DNA of 64,000 nucleotides from Marinifilaceae bacterium (GTDB lineage Bacteria; Bacteroidota; Bacteroidia; Bacteroidales; Marinifilaceae): positions 10,054 to 74,053 of the forward strand of contig JAVBLD010000033.1 of the NCBI GenBank assembly GCA_031553705.1. The letters are read 5' to 3'. A program made the position numbers and the translations under genes. The notes beneath the pieces were generated by a model. That model was not told where the DNA came from, searched no databases, and saw only the letters and a list, made by a program, of their open reading frames with translations. Below are positions 29,744-39,084 of the stretch, in pieces (position 1 is the first letter of the stretch; each line of letters opens with the position of its first letter).

Positions 29744-29770
29744 AAAATTTACTACTTATTGGTCGTATTT

Positions 29771-29801
29771 AAAGCAAGAGTGTCGAAAGGGCTCTTGCTT
29801 T
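29771..29801. terminator. bidirectional hairpin terminator between the microprotein cassette (+) and ybaK (-)
   Basis: AAAGCAAGAG (29771-29780) pairs with CTCTTGCTTT (29792-29801) across an 11-nt loop. Confidence 0.75.
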
Positions 29802-29810
29802 AAGATTTTA

Positions 29811-30284
29811 TCAGGTCAGCATATCTGTTTCTGCATCGGTCACCTTTATTAAATAGTTGGGATCGATCCTTATCTGCAATCCTCTTTGGCCGGCACTTAC
29901 ATAAATTACATTAAAGTTCAGGCAGGTTCGATCAATATAAGTCGGAAAATGTTTTTTCATTCCGATCGGAGAGCAGGCTCCACGCATGTATCCTGTGACA
30001 GATAGTAATTCTTTCATCGGAATCATATCACAATTCTTGTTGCCTGAGATTTTAGCTGCTTTTTTTAAGTCCATCTCTTCCGCTCCGGGAATAATGCAGA
30101 CAAAATAGCCGGTTCTATCTCCTTTTAAGATGAGCGTTTTAAATACCTGTTCAATCGGTTCGTGTAATTGCTCGGCAACGTGAACAGCGCTTAAATCCGA
30201 TTCATCTACCTCATAGGGAACCAGTTCATAGCAGATGTTCGCCTTATCGAGCAATCTAGCAGCATTGGTTTTGTTAATCTTCAT
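29811..30284 (-). CDS. ybaK: Cys-tRNA(Pro)/Cys-tRNA(Cys) deacylase, YbaK/EbsC family
   Basis: 157 aa with an N-terminal T.A.R.L....I.YE...Y segment, K.L.L.GD....V....G....DLKK and SP.G motifs. Confidence 0.85.
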   Translation of the reverse strand: MKINKTNAARLLDKANICYELVPYEVDESDLSAVHVAEQLHEPIEQVFKTLILKGDRTGYFVCIIPGAEEMDLKKAAKISGNKNCDMIPMKELLSVTGYMRGACSPIGMKKHFPTYIDRTCLNFNVIYVSAGQRGLQIRIDPNYLIKVTDAETDMLT

Positions 30285-30285
30285 A

Positions 30286-30759
30286 TCAATAAGCTGTCTT
30301 ATCCTGTTTCCCGGCCCATTTGGTGAATAGATCAGCGGAATCCGACAGTTGAATATGTTTCACATCAATATTTCTTCTATCCAGAGGTAAATTTAATTCG
30401 TCATAGATAAATTTATCATTAAAACCGATTTTGGCGGCATCATTTCTGTCGGAACAGTAATATACGGTTTTGATATTTGCCCAATAGATTGCTGCCATGC
30501 ACATCGGACACGGTTCGCAGCTTGTGTATATCACAGCATCAGGAAGATGGAAGGTATTTTTCATTTTACAGGCGTTTCTGATGGCTACAATTTCCGCATG
30601 GGCTGTCGGATCGTTTGTTGAGGTCACCATATTGCGTCCTTTGCCGATTATTTCTCCATTGGCAACAATAATGGCGCCGAACGGTCCCCCCTGGTTATTC
30701 CGAATACCTTCGTATGCTTCTTCAAAAGCACATTTCATATAATCTTCCTGTTTCTTCAT
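30286..30759 (-). CDS. CDA-fold nucleoside deaminase (guanine deaminase/TadA-like)
   Basis: Zinc ligands HAE and PCPMC. The 157-aa length and C-terminal extension resemble GuaD-type enzymes. Confidence 0.8.
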   Translation of the reverse strand: MKKQEDYMKCAFEEAYEGIRNNQGGPFGAIIVANGEIIGKGRNMVTSTNDPTAHAEIVAIRNACKMKNTFHLPDAVIYTSCEPCPMCMAAIYWANIKTVYYCSDRNDAAKIGFNDKFIYDELNLPLDRRNIDVKHIQLSDSADLFTKWAGKQDKTAY

Positions 30760-30787
30760 AACTGTTTATTATAGGTCGTTTTTAAAT

Positions 30788-32977
30788 TTATCCCTCTTGT
30801 ACCGAATCGTGCCGGCTTACTTTCTGGATGCCTTGAATGTGTTTCAACCGGCTGATCAGTTGTGACAAATGCTCGGTGTTGTCGATCAATACGGTGACAC
30901 TACCGTCAAAGGCTCCTTCCGAAGCGTTGATGGCTATGGCCCGCATAGTAACGTGTGGATCTTTGGAAATAACCTTGGTAATTTTGTTGATGATATTTCC
31001 TTCTCCTCTTCCCATCAGGCTCAGTACGGTTTGATACGAGTTGGCCCCTTCGTTTGTCCATTGTGTTTTAACAATACGGTAAGGGTAGCGCCGTTCAAGA
31101 TCCAGAGCGTTCTTACACTGCTTACGGTGTACTTTGATGCCTTCGCCGATCGACACAAAACCGAGAATATCGTCACCATATACCGGATTACAACAGCGTG
31201 CAAACTTATACTCTACATTGTCGACGTTTTTATCAATCAATAATACATCTTCGTCGATTTTTTTAGTACGGCTGATCTTGATATCTTTCGGCGGAGCAGG
31301 CACATACTCCTCTTTAGGCCGTGCCAGGATCTCCTTGATTTCGGCAGTGTCGTGTTTACCGATGGCAATACCATGATAAAGGTCCAATGCGAACTTATAC
31401 TTGTAGTGTTGCATCAGACGCCTGACCAATTCATCATTATATTCGACCTTCCAGTTTTTCAGCCGCCTTGCCAGGATCTCTTTACCGAGGTCTGCCTGGT
31501 GGTTTATCTCTTCATTCAGGTACTGCCGTATTTTATTCCGTGCCTTTGATGTGATGGCAAAGCTCAGCCAATCCGCTTTGGGTTGCTGGTTTGCCGCAGT
31601 AATAACAGAAATCTGGTCACCATTTTTCAGGACGTATTTTAATGCTTCATTCCGTTGGTTTACTTTTCCGCCTACGCATTTATTGCCTATATTTGTATGT
31701 ATCGCATAAGCAAAATCAAGTAGGGTGGCTCCTGCTTGTAAAGTGATCAGATCGCCTTTCGGAGTGAAGACATGCACCTCCTTATCCCGTAGGTTGATCT
31801 TCATATCGTCCAACAGGTCGATGGCATTCTTCTCACTGCTTTCAAGAATCTCCCGAAGTTCGCCCAGCCAGCTTTCAATGATATTATCGGCAGAACCGCC
31901 TTTATATTTCCAGTGGGCGGCAAATCCGCTTTCCGCAATTTCATCCATCCGTTCGGTGCGTATTTGTACTTCCACCCACCGGTTTTTCGGTCCGAGAACG
32001 GTAGTCTGCAATGATTCATACCCATTCGATTTGGGTACCGAGATCCAGTCCCTCAGCCGTTGCGGGTTTGGCGTATACTTATCGGTCACGATAGAGTATA
32101 CCCTCCAACAGTCTGCCTTTTCATTTTCGCCCTGGCTGTCAATGACAAAACGAACAGCGAAAATATCGTATATCTCTTCAAATTCCACTTGGCTTTTACG
32201 CATCTTGTTTAAAATCGAAGCAATGGTTTTGGTCCGGGATTTAACTTTAAATTTAATCTCTTTTTTTGTTAGTTCCTCTACAATCGGCGCGATAAACTGG
32301 GCAATATATTCTTCCCTTGCGTCCTTCGATTCCTGTAGTTTTTGGGCAATCTCGTTGTATAACTTCGGATTGGAATAACGTAAAGCCAGATCCTCCATCT
32401 CCGATTTGATGTTATACAGTCCCAGGCGGTGTGCAAATGGGATATATATATAACTGGTTTCCTTTGCCAGTTGTTGTTGTTCCGCTATTGAAAGGGTATG
32501 GGCGATTCTTAAAGCATATAATTTTTCTGCCAGGAAAATCAATTGTACACGGATATCTTCGGCAAAGCTCAGTAAAAGTTTTCGGAAATTTTCGGAGTCG
32601 ATAATTTTCTGCGTTGCATAGAGATGACTGATCTCTTTCAATCCTTTCGTGATCTGCCATACTTTTTCCCCAAACTCTTCTCCTACCTGTTCGAGGGAGA
32701 TAAAATTATACTCAACACTCCTATGCAGCATGGCGCAGATGATGGATGTGCGTCCTAACCCGATATTCTCTGTAAGGATAAATATAATATCAAGAATTTT
32801 GAGAAGCTCTTGATAGGCCAACTCCGGATTTTGCAGTTCGTATCGGATAGCTATTTTAAAAGCTTTTTTGATCAACAGTACATGCTCTTTGGTAGAAATA
32901 TTCCTACTCAGCTTCAATAAAGCAGTGTATCTATCGAGTATTAATCGCCTATACTCTTTTTCGGTTAGTTGCTCCAT
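30788..32977 (-). CDS. relA: RelA/SpoT homolog, RelA-type (p)ppGpp synthetase with a degenerate hydrolase domain
   Basis: The synthetase region has DIFAVRFVI, WISVPKSNGYESLQTTV and VEVQIRTERMDEIAE..HWKYK. TGS and C-terminal ACT-like domains are present. The canonical hydrolase LHD reads LHR (codons at 32720-32725). Confidence 0.9.
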   Translation of the reverse strand: MEQLTEKEYRRLILDRYTALLKLSRNISTKEHVLLIKKAFKIAIRYELQNPELAYQELLKILDIIFILTENIGLGRTSIICAMLHRSVEYNFISLEQVGEEFGEKVWQITKGLKEISHLYATQKIIDSENFRKLLLSFAEDIRVQLIFLAEKLYALRIAHTLSIAEQQQLAKETSYIYIPFAHRLGLYNIKSEMEDLALRYSNPKLYNEIAQKLQESKDAREEYIAQFIAPIVEELTKKEIKFKVKSRTKTIASILNKMRKSQVEFEEIYDIFAVRFVIDSQGENEKADCWRVYSIVTDKYTPNPQRLRDWISVPKSNGYESLQTTVLGPKNRWVEVQIRTERMDEIAESGFAAHWKYKGGSADNIIESWLGELREILESSEKNAIDLLDDMKINLRDKEVHVFTPKGDLITLQAGATLLDFAYAIHTNIGNKCVGGKVNQRNEALKYVLKNGDQISVITAANQQPKADWLSFAITSKARNKIRQYLNEEINHQADLGKEILARRLKNWKVEYNDELVRRLMQHYKYKFALDLYHGIAIGKHDTAEIKEILARPKEEYVPAPPKDIKISRTKKIDEDVLLIDKNVDNVEYKFARCCNPVYGDDILGFVSIGEGIKVHRKQCKNALDLERRYPYRIVKTQWTNEGANSYQTVLSLMGRGEGNIINKITKVISKDPHVTMRAIAINASEGAFDGSVTVLIDNTEHLSQLISRLKHIQGIQKVSRHDSVQEG

Positions 32978-33104
32978 GATTGTTTATATAAAAATACGAG
33001 GATTTTTTTTCTTCTGCTATAAGTTTCGTTTTTTGAAGTTCCCTGTTGTAGTTTGCGTTTGTAAAAATAGTGAATTCTTTTCGGGAATGTTGAACAATAA
33101 ATCC

Positions 33105-33112
33105 TATTTTTG
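33105..33112 (+). promoter_or_regulatory. Bacteroides-type -7 promoter box (TATTTTTG)
   Basis: Matches TAnnTTTG, about 55 nt upstream of the ATG at 33168. Confidence 0.4.
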
Positions 33113-33167
33113 TCTAAATTTTTTCTTGAGGATACATATCTGTCTGTGATTTATTATTTATGTGCTT

Positions 33168-36100
33168 ATGCTAAAGTGTGGATTTATTATTATGCTTCTT
33201 TTACCTGTTGTTTTAAAAGCGCAGGATACAAAATCTTTGTTCCAACAAATGGATATTATTCTAAAAGATATAAAACTTATTGAACGTAAGGTATTAATAG
33301 ATGGTTATATAGAAGCACAGTCGTCCGGTTATTTTACTCCGTCGGAACAAGAGGAGATACAGGGACTTTTTAATAAGTTTCAGGAATTACGGATACCGGG
33401 AGAGCCTGAATTGAAAAATTTTGTACAGTGCATAAACGGTTTTTACCGGAATTCCGAAAAGGAGAATTTTAAAGTGTGGCTGACCGGATTGAAAGAGCTT
33501 GTTTTGCCTGCTGTCCGTTCTAAGGTCACAATAAGAAACTATCTGGCAACTACAACGCTGATCGTGTGCGAACAGACTTTTTCTTCCTCTGCTTCCCATA
33601 AATGGTTCATTAGAGGAGGTAAACCTGTGTGGAGATTCAATGATGGTATCCGGGTCGATTTTGATCGTGCCACTGTTACATGTAAAACTCCTAAGGATTC
33701 CATTGCTATCTATTCCACAGATGCCTCCTACTTGGTGGCCGAAGGTTGTATCGTAGGAAAAGGCGGAAGCGTCGAATGGAAAAATTCGCAGGATAATATG
33801 AATGCCACCCTCTCTACCTACCAGATAGATCCGAAAGTTTCGGAGTATACAGCCGATTCTGCTTTGTTCCATTACGAAAGTAAATTTAGAATGCCTTTAT
33901 GGGGTAAGCTAAAAGATAATGCTTCAAAATATAGCAATGACAAAGATCGTCCGTTCCCTGAGTTTACCTCTTATTCGACCGATATAAAAATTAATCCGCT
34001 TTTCAGGGATGTCTCTTTTAAAGGTGGAATTTCTTACGCCGGCTTGAAGTTTTATGGCTATGGTTATGGAGGAAACCCGGCTTGTGTGCATATTACACCG
34101 GCTGGGGGTGCCACTGAAATGTATCTGTATGCCGACCGTTTTTTTATCGATACGATGAAGGTCATTTCGGCAACTTCCGCCTTAGTTATTAAACTGGATT
34201 CGGGACAGATCACGCATCCGGATATTAATTTTTCTTATCTGGCGGATAAACGTGTGGTGACGCTTAAAAGGATTACGGAGCAGAGCGCTCATATTCCGTT
34301 TAAGGATAATTACCACCAGATACTGTTTGACATGGAACAGATTTCCTGGCCGTTAGACAGTATTTATATGAAAATGAGTATGACCAACCGTTCGGGACTT
34401 TTCAGGGCGATGATCGAGTCGTTGAATTTTTTCAATGACGATGTATATGATAATATACAGGGACTGGATGAGATCAATCCTCTCAATGGCCTGCTGAAAT
34501 GTTCCATGGAATTGAAATCCAATACATTTACAATCAAGCAATATTCTACATATATAAAAAAGGCGGCGGAGCAGTTGAGAAAACAGATCATAGTGCTTTC
34601 CTATAACGATTTTGTTGATTATGACGAAGAGCGTGATGAGGTCACTCTGAAACAACGCCTTTTCGATTACACGAAAGCGCGTGTCGGGAAACAGGATTAC
34701 GACCAGATCCGGTTTATATCCCATCCGGAGGGTACACAGGCAAACGCTTTGCTGGATGTACATTCTCATAAGTTGCAAATATTTGGAGTACAAAGACTTA
34801 CAATTAGTAGGGTAAAAGATATTTTCATGGAACCGACAGGCAATAGTCTGGTCATGTTAAAGAACCGAGACATGGAGTTCAGCGGTAAACTGAATGCGGG
34901 AATGTTCGATATGTACGGCCATAATCTTTATTTTTCTTACGACAAGTACACAATCAATCTGTCGCAGGTGGATTCTGCCAATATGTTCATGATGGACCAA
35001 AATACCCATAAAAGGGGGGAGCAGATTCGTTCGTCGATCAAGATTATGACAGGGGATATTATTATTGACGAACCCGGCAATAAATCGGGTAAAAAGACCG
35101 GCAACGGTTTTCCGGTTTTGCACTCTACTTCGGACTCTTATGTCTATTTTGATCAAAAATATGTGCAAAACGGTGAGTATAAACGGGATAGTTTTTATTA
35201 TGTTATTAAACCGTATACTTTGAATGGGATCAATAGTACCGATAATTTCCAATATGCTTTCCGCGGCATGTTGGTATCAAACATCCTGCCTCCGATAGAC
35301 GATACACTTTATCTTATGAAAGATAAGAGTTTGGGGTTGAGGTATGATACACCTAAGGAGGGGCTTAAATTGTATGGAAAAGGGATAATTAAGAGCCGGG
35401 TGACTCTCGATCAGAAAGGATTTATAGCCCGGGGGAATGTAGAGCTTAACAATAGCGATTTCCAGTCGGATTCTATTATGTTGTTGCCGTCCCGGATGCT
35501 TGCCAGCACGAACAAAATCCGAGTGAATGCAGTGCCCGGACAGCGTCCCGGAACTGTTGGTGATCAGGTTAATATACGATATTTGCCAAAAGAGGGAGGT
35601 AACTTGCAGGCGATTTCAGTAAAAACTCCGTTTGAGATATACCAGGGACAGGTAAAACATACCGGAACGCTCTCCATTTATGAGACTTTATTGGATGCTT
35701 CCGGACAATTGGCATTAAAAGATGCTGTAATGAATTCGCAACTGTTCCATTTGCAGGAACACAATGTTGTTTCTCCCCAGACCGATATCAGCATATCACC
35801 ATTGGCAAACAAGGAAGTTCTGTTGGATATCCGTCAGGTGAGTGCAGATATTAATATGGTGAGCCATATCGGAAAGTTTGTTAATAATGTGGAGACAAAT
35901 CCGCTTTCATTATCTTCCAATCGCTATGTCTGTTCGTTTAAAAACCTGACATGGAATATGGACAAGTCGTTCTTGAATGTCGGTGTTGAGGATGAGAAAG
36001 AGTTGGCACAACTCTGGAGAATGGAACAGGTGGATAGCTTGCCGTTACAGGCTAGGAACAGGTTTGTATCGACCAGCCTGAGTACAGACTCGCTCAGCTT

Positions 36101-37565
36101 TGTCGCTCCATTTGCTAAATACAACTTACTGGACGGGAAAATCAATTGCCGGTGGGTGAACCATATCGATATTGCCAACGGACGGTTTTATCCGAAAAAT
36201 GGGGATGTATATATTGCTGCCGATGGAGATATCCAGGAGTTTACTGGTGGAAGGCTGTTATGTGAGCGAAATAACCGGGATAGAATCCTTAACAATGTGC
36301 TCTTAAAGATAAGGGGCGTCTATACCTTCAGTGGGAACGGTTTATACGGCTATGTAAACGAACAGAACGATTCGACTCTTATCCGGTTCTCCGAAATAGG
36401 AACCGATTCGACCCGTCTGTTGTATGCGGCTGCTGAGATACTTGCCGCTACACCGTTGAAGTTGAACGACGGAATACAGTATAAAGGGCGTATGTTCCTT
36501 TATTCCACCCAAAAGGATCTTTTCTTTAAAGGATATACCGGTTTGACGACCGGTAAGAATGATATTAATCATACATGGCTGGCGGTGAACTGCTATCTGG
36601 ATGCATCGCAGATCAGGATACCGGTAGGAGAAGAGAATAGAGACGATGAAAATCAACGTATTTTCAACGGGATATTCTTGACTTTGGATAAGGAAGTAAA
36701 AGCATACGCAGCTTTCCAGAGTAACCGATTGTTTTACAGTGATGACCAGTTGATCCGAGGAATAGGCGAGCTGATTTGGGACAGGAAGTCAAACTGCTAC
36801 GTCATCCGGGATGCTTCTGCCAGTCCTTACTATCGTTTCTATTATGATGTGCCGCAGGGTGAAATTCTTGGTTTTGGAAGATTAAACTTTTCGATCAAAC
36901 TTCCCGGAGTAGCTCAGAGTTCAGCAGGCGATATCCGTTATAACCTCAAAAGCGGAGAGTTGAAAGCTTATGATTTGCTTTATGCCGTTGATTTTTCGCT
37001 GTTGAAGAAGATGGAAGCTATTCTGTTGAAGGATTTCGGGGATGACAACTTGAAACAGATCACGGTTGATTCGTCATTGATCACACGATTATATAGCATA
37101 TACGGCAAAGAACAGATGGCTAAGGTTACAGGGATACTATCCAGGCCTTCCGGTAACATACCCGATTCATTAAACCGGCTTTTTGTATTCAATTCGTTGG
37201 ATCTGAAATGGGTTCCTGAATCCCGTTCCTATGTATCGGACGGAAAAGCTATGCTGATGTCGATGCGGGATGTGCCGGCCGAAAAAGAGCTGGATGTAAA
37301 GATTGAGTTAATACGCCGGATTGCCGGGGATGAATTATATTTGTATCTTTCCGACGGTCAAAACTGGTACTATTTCGAATATACCGGACATGAACTTTAT
37401 ACCCTTTCTTCAAATGAGGAGTATAATACGGCCCTGAAAACCGAGAAGGCCGATAAAAAGAAGGCAGGTTCCTATACGCTTACGCTTTGTCCGGATTCGA
37501 AAAAGGAACGTTTCTTATCGCGTTTGGAAGAGATAAAAAGAGGTACATTCAAGAGAAATCAATGA
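33168..37565 (+). CDS. very large (about 1465 aa) secreted or anchored protein of unknown function
   Basis: Uninterrupted ORF with N-terminal signal/anchor MLKCGFIIMLLLPVVLKAQ. I recognise no catalytic motif or internal repeat. Its stop is 6 nt before nth. The ORF track begins at a GTG at 33162. Confidence 0.6.
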   Translation: MLKCGFIIMLLLPVVLKAQDTKSLFQQMDIILKDIKLIERKVLIDGYIEAQSSGYFTPSEQEEIQGLFNKFQELRIPGEPELKNFVQCINGFYRNSEKENFKVWLTGLKELVLPAVRSKVTIRNYLATTTLIVCEQTFSSSASHKWFIRGGKPVWRFNDGIRVDFDRATVTCKTPKDSIAIYSTDASYLVAEGCIVGKGGSVEWKNSQDNMNATLSTYQIDPKVSEYTADSALFHYESKFRMPLWGKLKDNASKYSNDKDRPFPEFTSYSTDIKINPLFRDVSFKGGISYAGLKFYGYGYGGNPACVHITPAGGATEMYLYADRFFIDTMKVISATSALVIKLDSGQITHPDINFSYLADKRVVTLKRITEQSAHIPFKDNYHQILFDMEQISWPLDSIYMKMSMTNRSGLFRAMIESLNFFNDDVYDNIQGLDEINPLNGLLKCSMELKSNTFTIKQYSTYIKKAAEQLRKQIIVLSYNDFVDYDEERDEVTLKQRLFDYTKARVGKQDYDQIRFISHPEGTQANALLDVHSHKLQIFGVQRLTISRVKDIFMEPTGNSLVMLKNRDMEFSGKLNAGMFDMYGHNLYFSYDKYTINLSQVDSANMFMMDQNTHKRGEQIRSSIKIMTGDIIIDEPGNKSGKKTGNGFPVLHSTSDSYVYFDQKYVQNGEYKRDSFYYVIKPYTLNGINSTDNFQYAFRGMLVSNILPPIDDTLYLMKDKSLGLRYDTPKEGLKLYGKGIIKSRVTLDQKGFIARGNVELNNSDFQSDSIMLLPSRMLASTNKIRVNAVPGQRPGTVGDQVNIRYLPKEGGNLQAISVKTPFEIYQGQVKHTGTLSIYETLLDASGQLALKDAVMNSQLFHLQEHNVVSPQTDISISPLANKEVLLDIRQVSADINMVSHIGKFVNNVETNPLSLSSNRYVCSFKNLTWNMDKSFLNVGVEDEKELAQLWRMEQVDSLPLQARNRFVSTSLSTDSLSFVAPFAKYNLLDGKINCRWVNHIDIANGRFYPKNGDVYIAADGDIQEFTGGRLLCERNNRDRILNNVLLKIRGVYTFSGNGLYGYVNEQNDSTLIRFSEIGTDSTRLLYAAAEILAATPLKLNDGIQYKGRMFLYSTQKDLFFKGYTGLTTGKNDINHTWLAVNCYLDASQIRIPVGEENRDDENQRIFNGIFLTLDKEVKAYAAFQSNRLFYSDDQLIRGIGELIWDRKSNCYVIRDASASPYYRFYYDVPQGEILGFGRLNFSIKLPGVAQSSAGDIRYNLKSGELKAYDLLYAVDFSLLKKMEAILLKDFGDDNLKQITVDSSLITRLYSIYGKEQMAKVTGILSRPSGNIPDSLNRLFVFNSLDLKWVPESRSYVSDGKAMLMSMRDVPAEKELDVKIELIRRIAGDELYLYLSDGQNWYYFEYTGHELYTLSSNEEYNTALKTEKADKKKAGSYTLTLCPDSKKERFLSRLEEIKRGTFKRNQ

Positions 37566-37571
37566 CATAAT

Positions 37572-38213
37572 ATGCGAATAAAAGAGAGATATACAGGGGT
37601 TATTGACTGGTTCGAAAAGCACATGCCGGTGGCTGAGAGCGAATTGAGATATCATAATCCTTTCGAGTTGATTGTGGCGGTAATCCTGTCTGCACAATGT
37701 ACCGACAAGCGGGTGAATATGACGATGCCCGCTTTGTTGGAGCGTTTTCCTGATGTTTATACTATGGCAGAAGCAAAGGTAGAGGAGATATACGATTTAA
37801 TAAAATCGATCTCTTATCCCAATAATAAAGCGAAGCATCTGTCGGAAATGGCCAAAAAGTTAGTTTCCGATTTTAATGGAAAGGTGCCGGATGATTTCGC
37901 CCTACTCCAAACGTTGCCTGGAGTAGGGCGGAAAACTGCGAATGTTGTTTTGGCCGTGGCTTTTGGAAAATCTGCGATGCCTGTAGACACGCATGTTTTT
38001 CGGGTAGCCAACCGGATAGGATTGGTTGTTAATGCTACTACCCCATTGGAGACAGAAAAGCAATTAGTGAAACATATTCCTTCGGGTATCCTCTCAAAAG
38101 CGCATCATTGGCTGATTTTGCACGGACGTTACATTTGCCAGGCGCGTAGTCCAAAATGTAGTGAGTGTGGGATAACAATTTATTGCCAATATTATCAGGA
38201 TCATTTGAAATAG
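37572..38213 (+). CDS. nth: endonuclease III (DNA glycosylase/AP lyase)
   Basis: HhH-GPD element LPGVGRKTANVVL, VDTHV, and the C-terminal 4Fe-4S cluster C..ARSPKCSECGITIYC. Confidence 0.92.
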   Translation: MRIKERYTGVIDWFEKHMPVAESELRYHNPFELIVAVILSAQCTDKRVNMTMPALLERFPDVYTMAEAKVEEIYDLIKSISYPNNKAKHLSEMAKKLVSDFNGKVPDDFALLQTLPGVGRKTANVVLAVAFGKSAMPVDTHVFRVANRIGLVVNATTPLETEKQLVKHIPSGILSKAHHWLILHGRYICQARSPKCSECGITIYCQYYQDHLK

Positions 38214-38220
38214 TTACTTT

Positions 38221-39084
38221 ATGAGTTGCCATAACAGAAAGAAACCGGATTGGTTGAAAATCCGATTGCCTATAGGACAGCTTTCGGCAGATGTATTGAA
38301 TGTTGTGCGGACAAATAATCTGAATACCATCTGTACAAGTGGTCGTTGTCCTAACCAGGGAGAGTGCTGGGGATGCGGTACGGCTACATTTATGATTTGC
38401 GGGGATGTTTGTACGCGCGCTTGTAAATTCTGCAATGTGACAACCGGTCGGCCTAAGCCTCTTGATCCGCAGGAACCTGAAAATATTGCGAATTCGGTGA
38501 GTGTTCTGAAATTGAAGCATGTTGTACTTACTTCTGTCGATCGGGATGATTTGCCCGATTTAGGTGCTGCACATTGGGTCGAAGTAATTCGGGCGGTTAA
38601 AGAAAAGAATCCTCATACAACAATGGAAGTACTTATTCCTGATTTTCAGGGATGTAATGAACTGATCCAACAGATCATTGCGGTCCGCCCTGAGGTAATT
38701 TCACATAATCTGGAAACCGTATGCCGCTTATCGGACCAGATACGGAGCCGTGCGACTTATGTTGGATCTCTGCAAGTTATAGATAAAATTTCAAAATCGG
38801 GTATTATTTCGAAATCAGGTATTATGCTTGGACTAGGAGAGAGTAGGGAAGAGATATTGGAAACAATGGACGATCTTCGAAAGGTGGGGTGCAATGTGAT
38901 GACAATCGGGCAATATCTTCAACCGACGGCAAAAAATATAGAGGTGAAAGAGTATATCACTCCCGAAACATTTGAAGAGTATAAAGCGATCGGATTGGCA
39001 AAAGGCTTTGCCCATGTGGAGAGCGGACCGCTGGTACGGTCCAGTTATCATGCGGAAAAGCATGTAAGATTGAATCAGTCATGA
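38221..39084 (+). CDS. lipA: lipoyl synthase
   Basis: Auxiliary cluster motif CTSGRCPNQGEC and radical-SAM motif CTRACKFC. Confidence 0.95.
   Translation: MSCHNRKKPDWLKIRLPIGQLSADVLNVVRTNNLNTICTSGRCPNQGECWGCGTATFMICGDVCTRACKFCNVTTGRPKPLDPQEPENIANSVSVLKLKHVVLTSVDRDDLPDLGAAHWVEVIRAVKEKNPHTTMEVLIPDFQGCNELIQQIIAVRPEVISHNLETVCRLSDQIRSRATYVGSLQVIDKISKSGIISKSGIMLGLGESREEILETMDDLRKVGCNVMTIGQYLQPTAKNIEVKEYITPETFEEYKAIGLAKGFAHVESGPLVRSSYHAEKHVRLNQS

Noticed and set aside
31725-32378. 217-aa plus-strand ORF, and many similar 60-170-aa ORFs lying antisense inside long genes (for example 33387-33872, 34353-34793, 38038-38520, 41098-41616, 43746-44171, 45325-45603, 58381-58845, 59563-59985, 60382-60858).
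   Set aside because: Each is wholly embedded antisense, or out of frame, within a gene that has strong family-level motifs. Their translations are low-complexity or Ser/Cys/Arg-rich with no recognisable features, so they are typical shadow ORFs.
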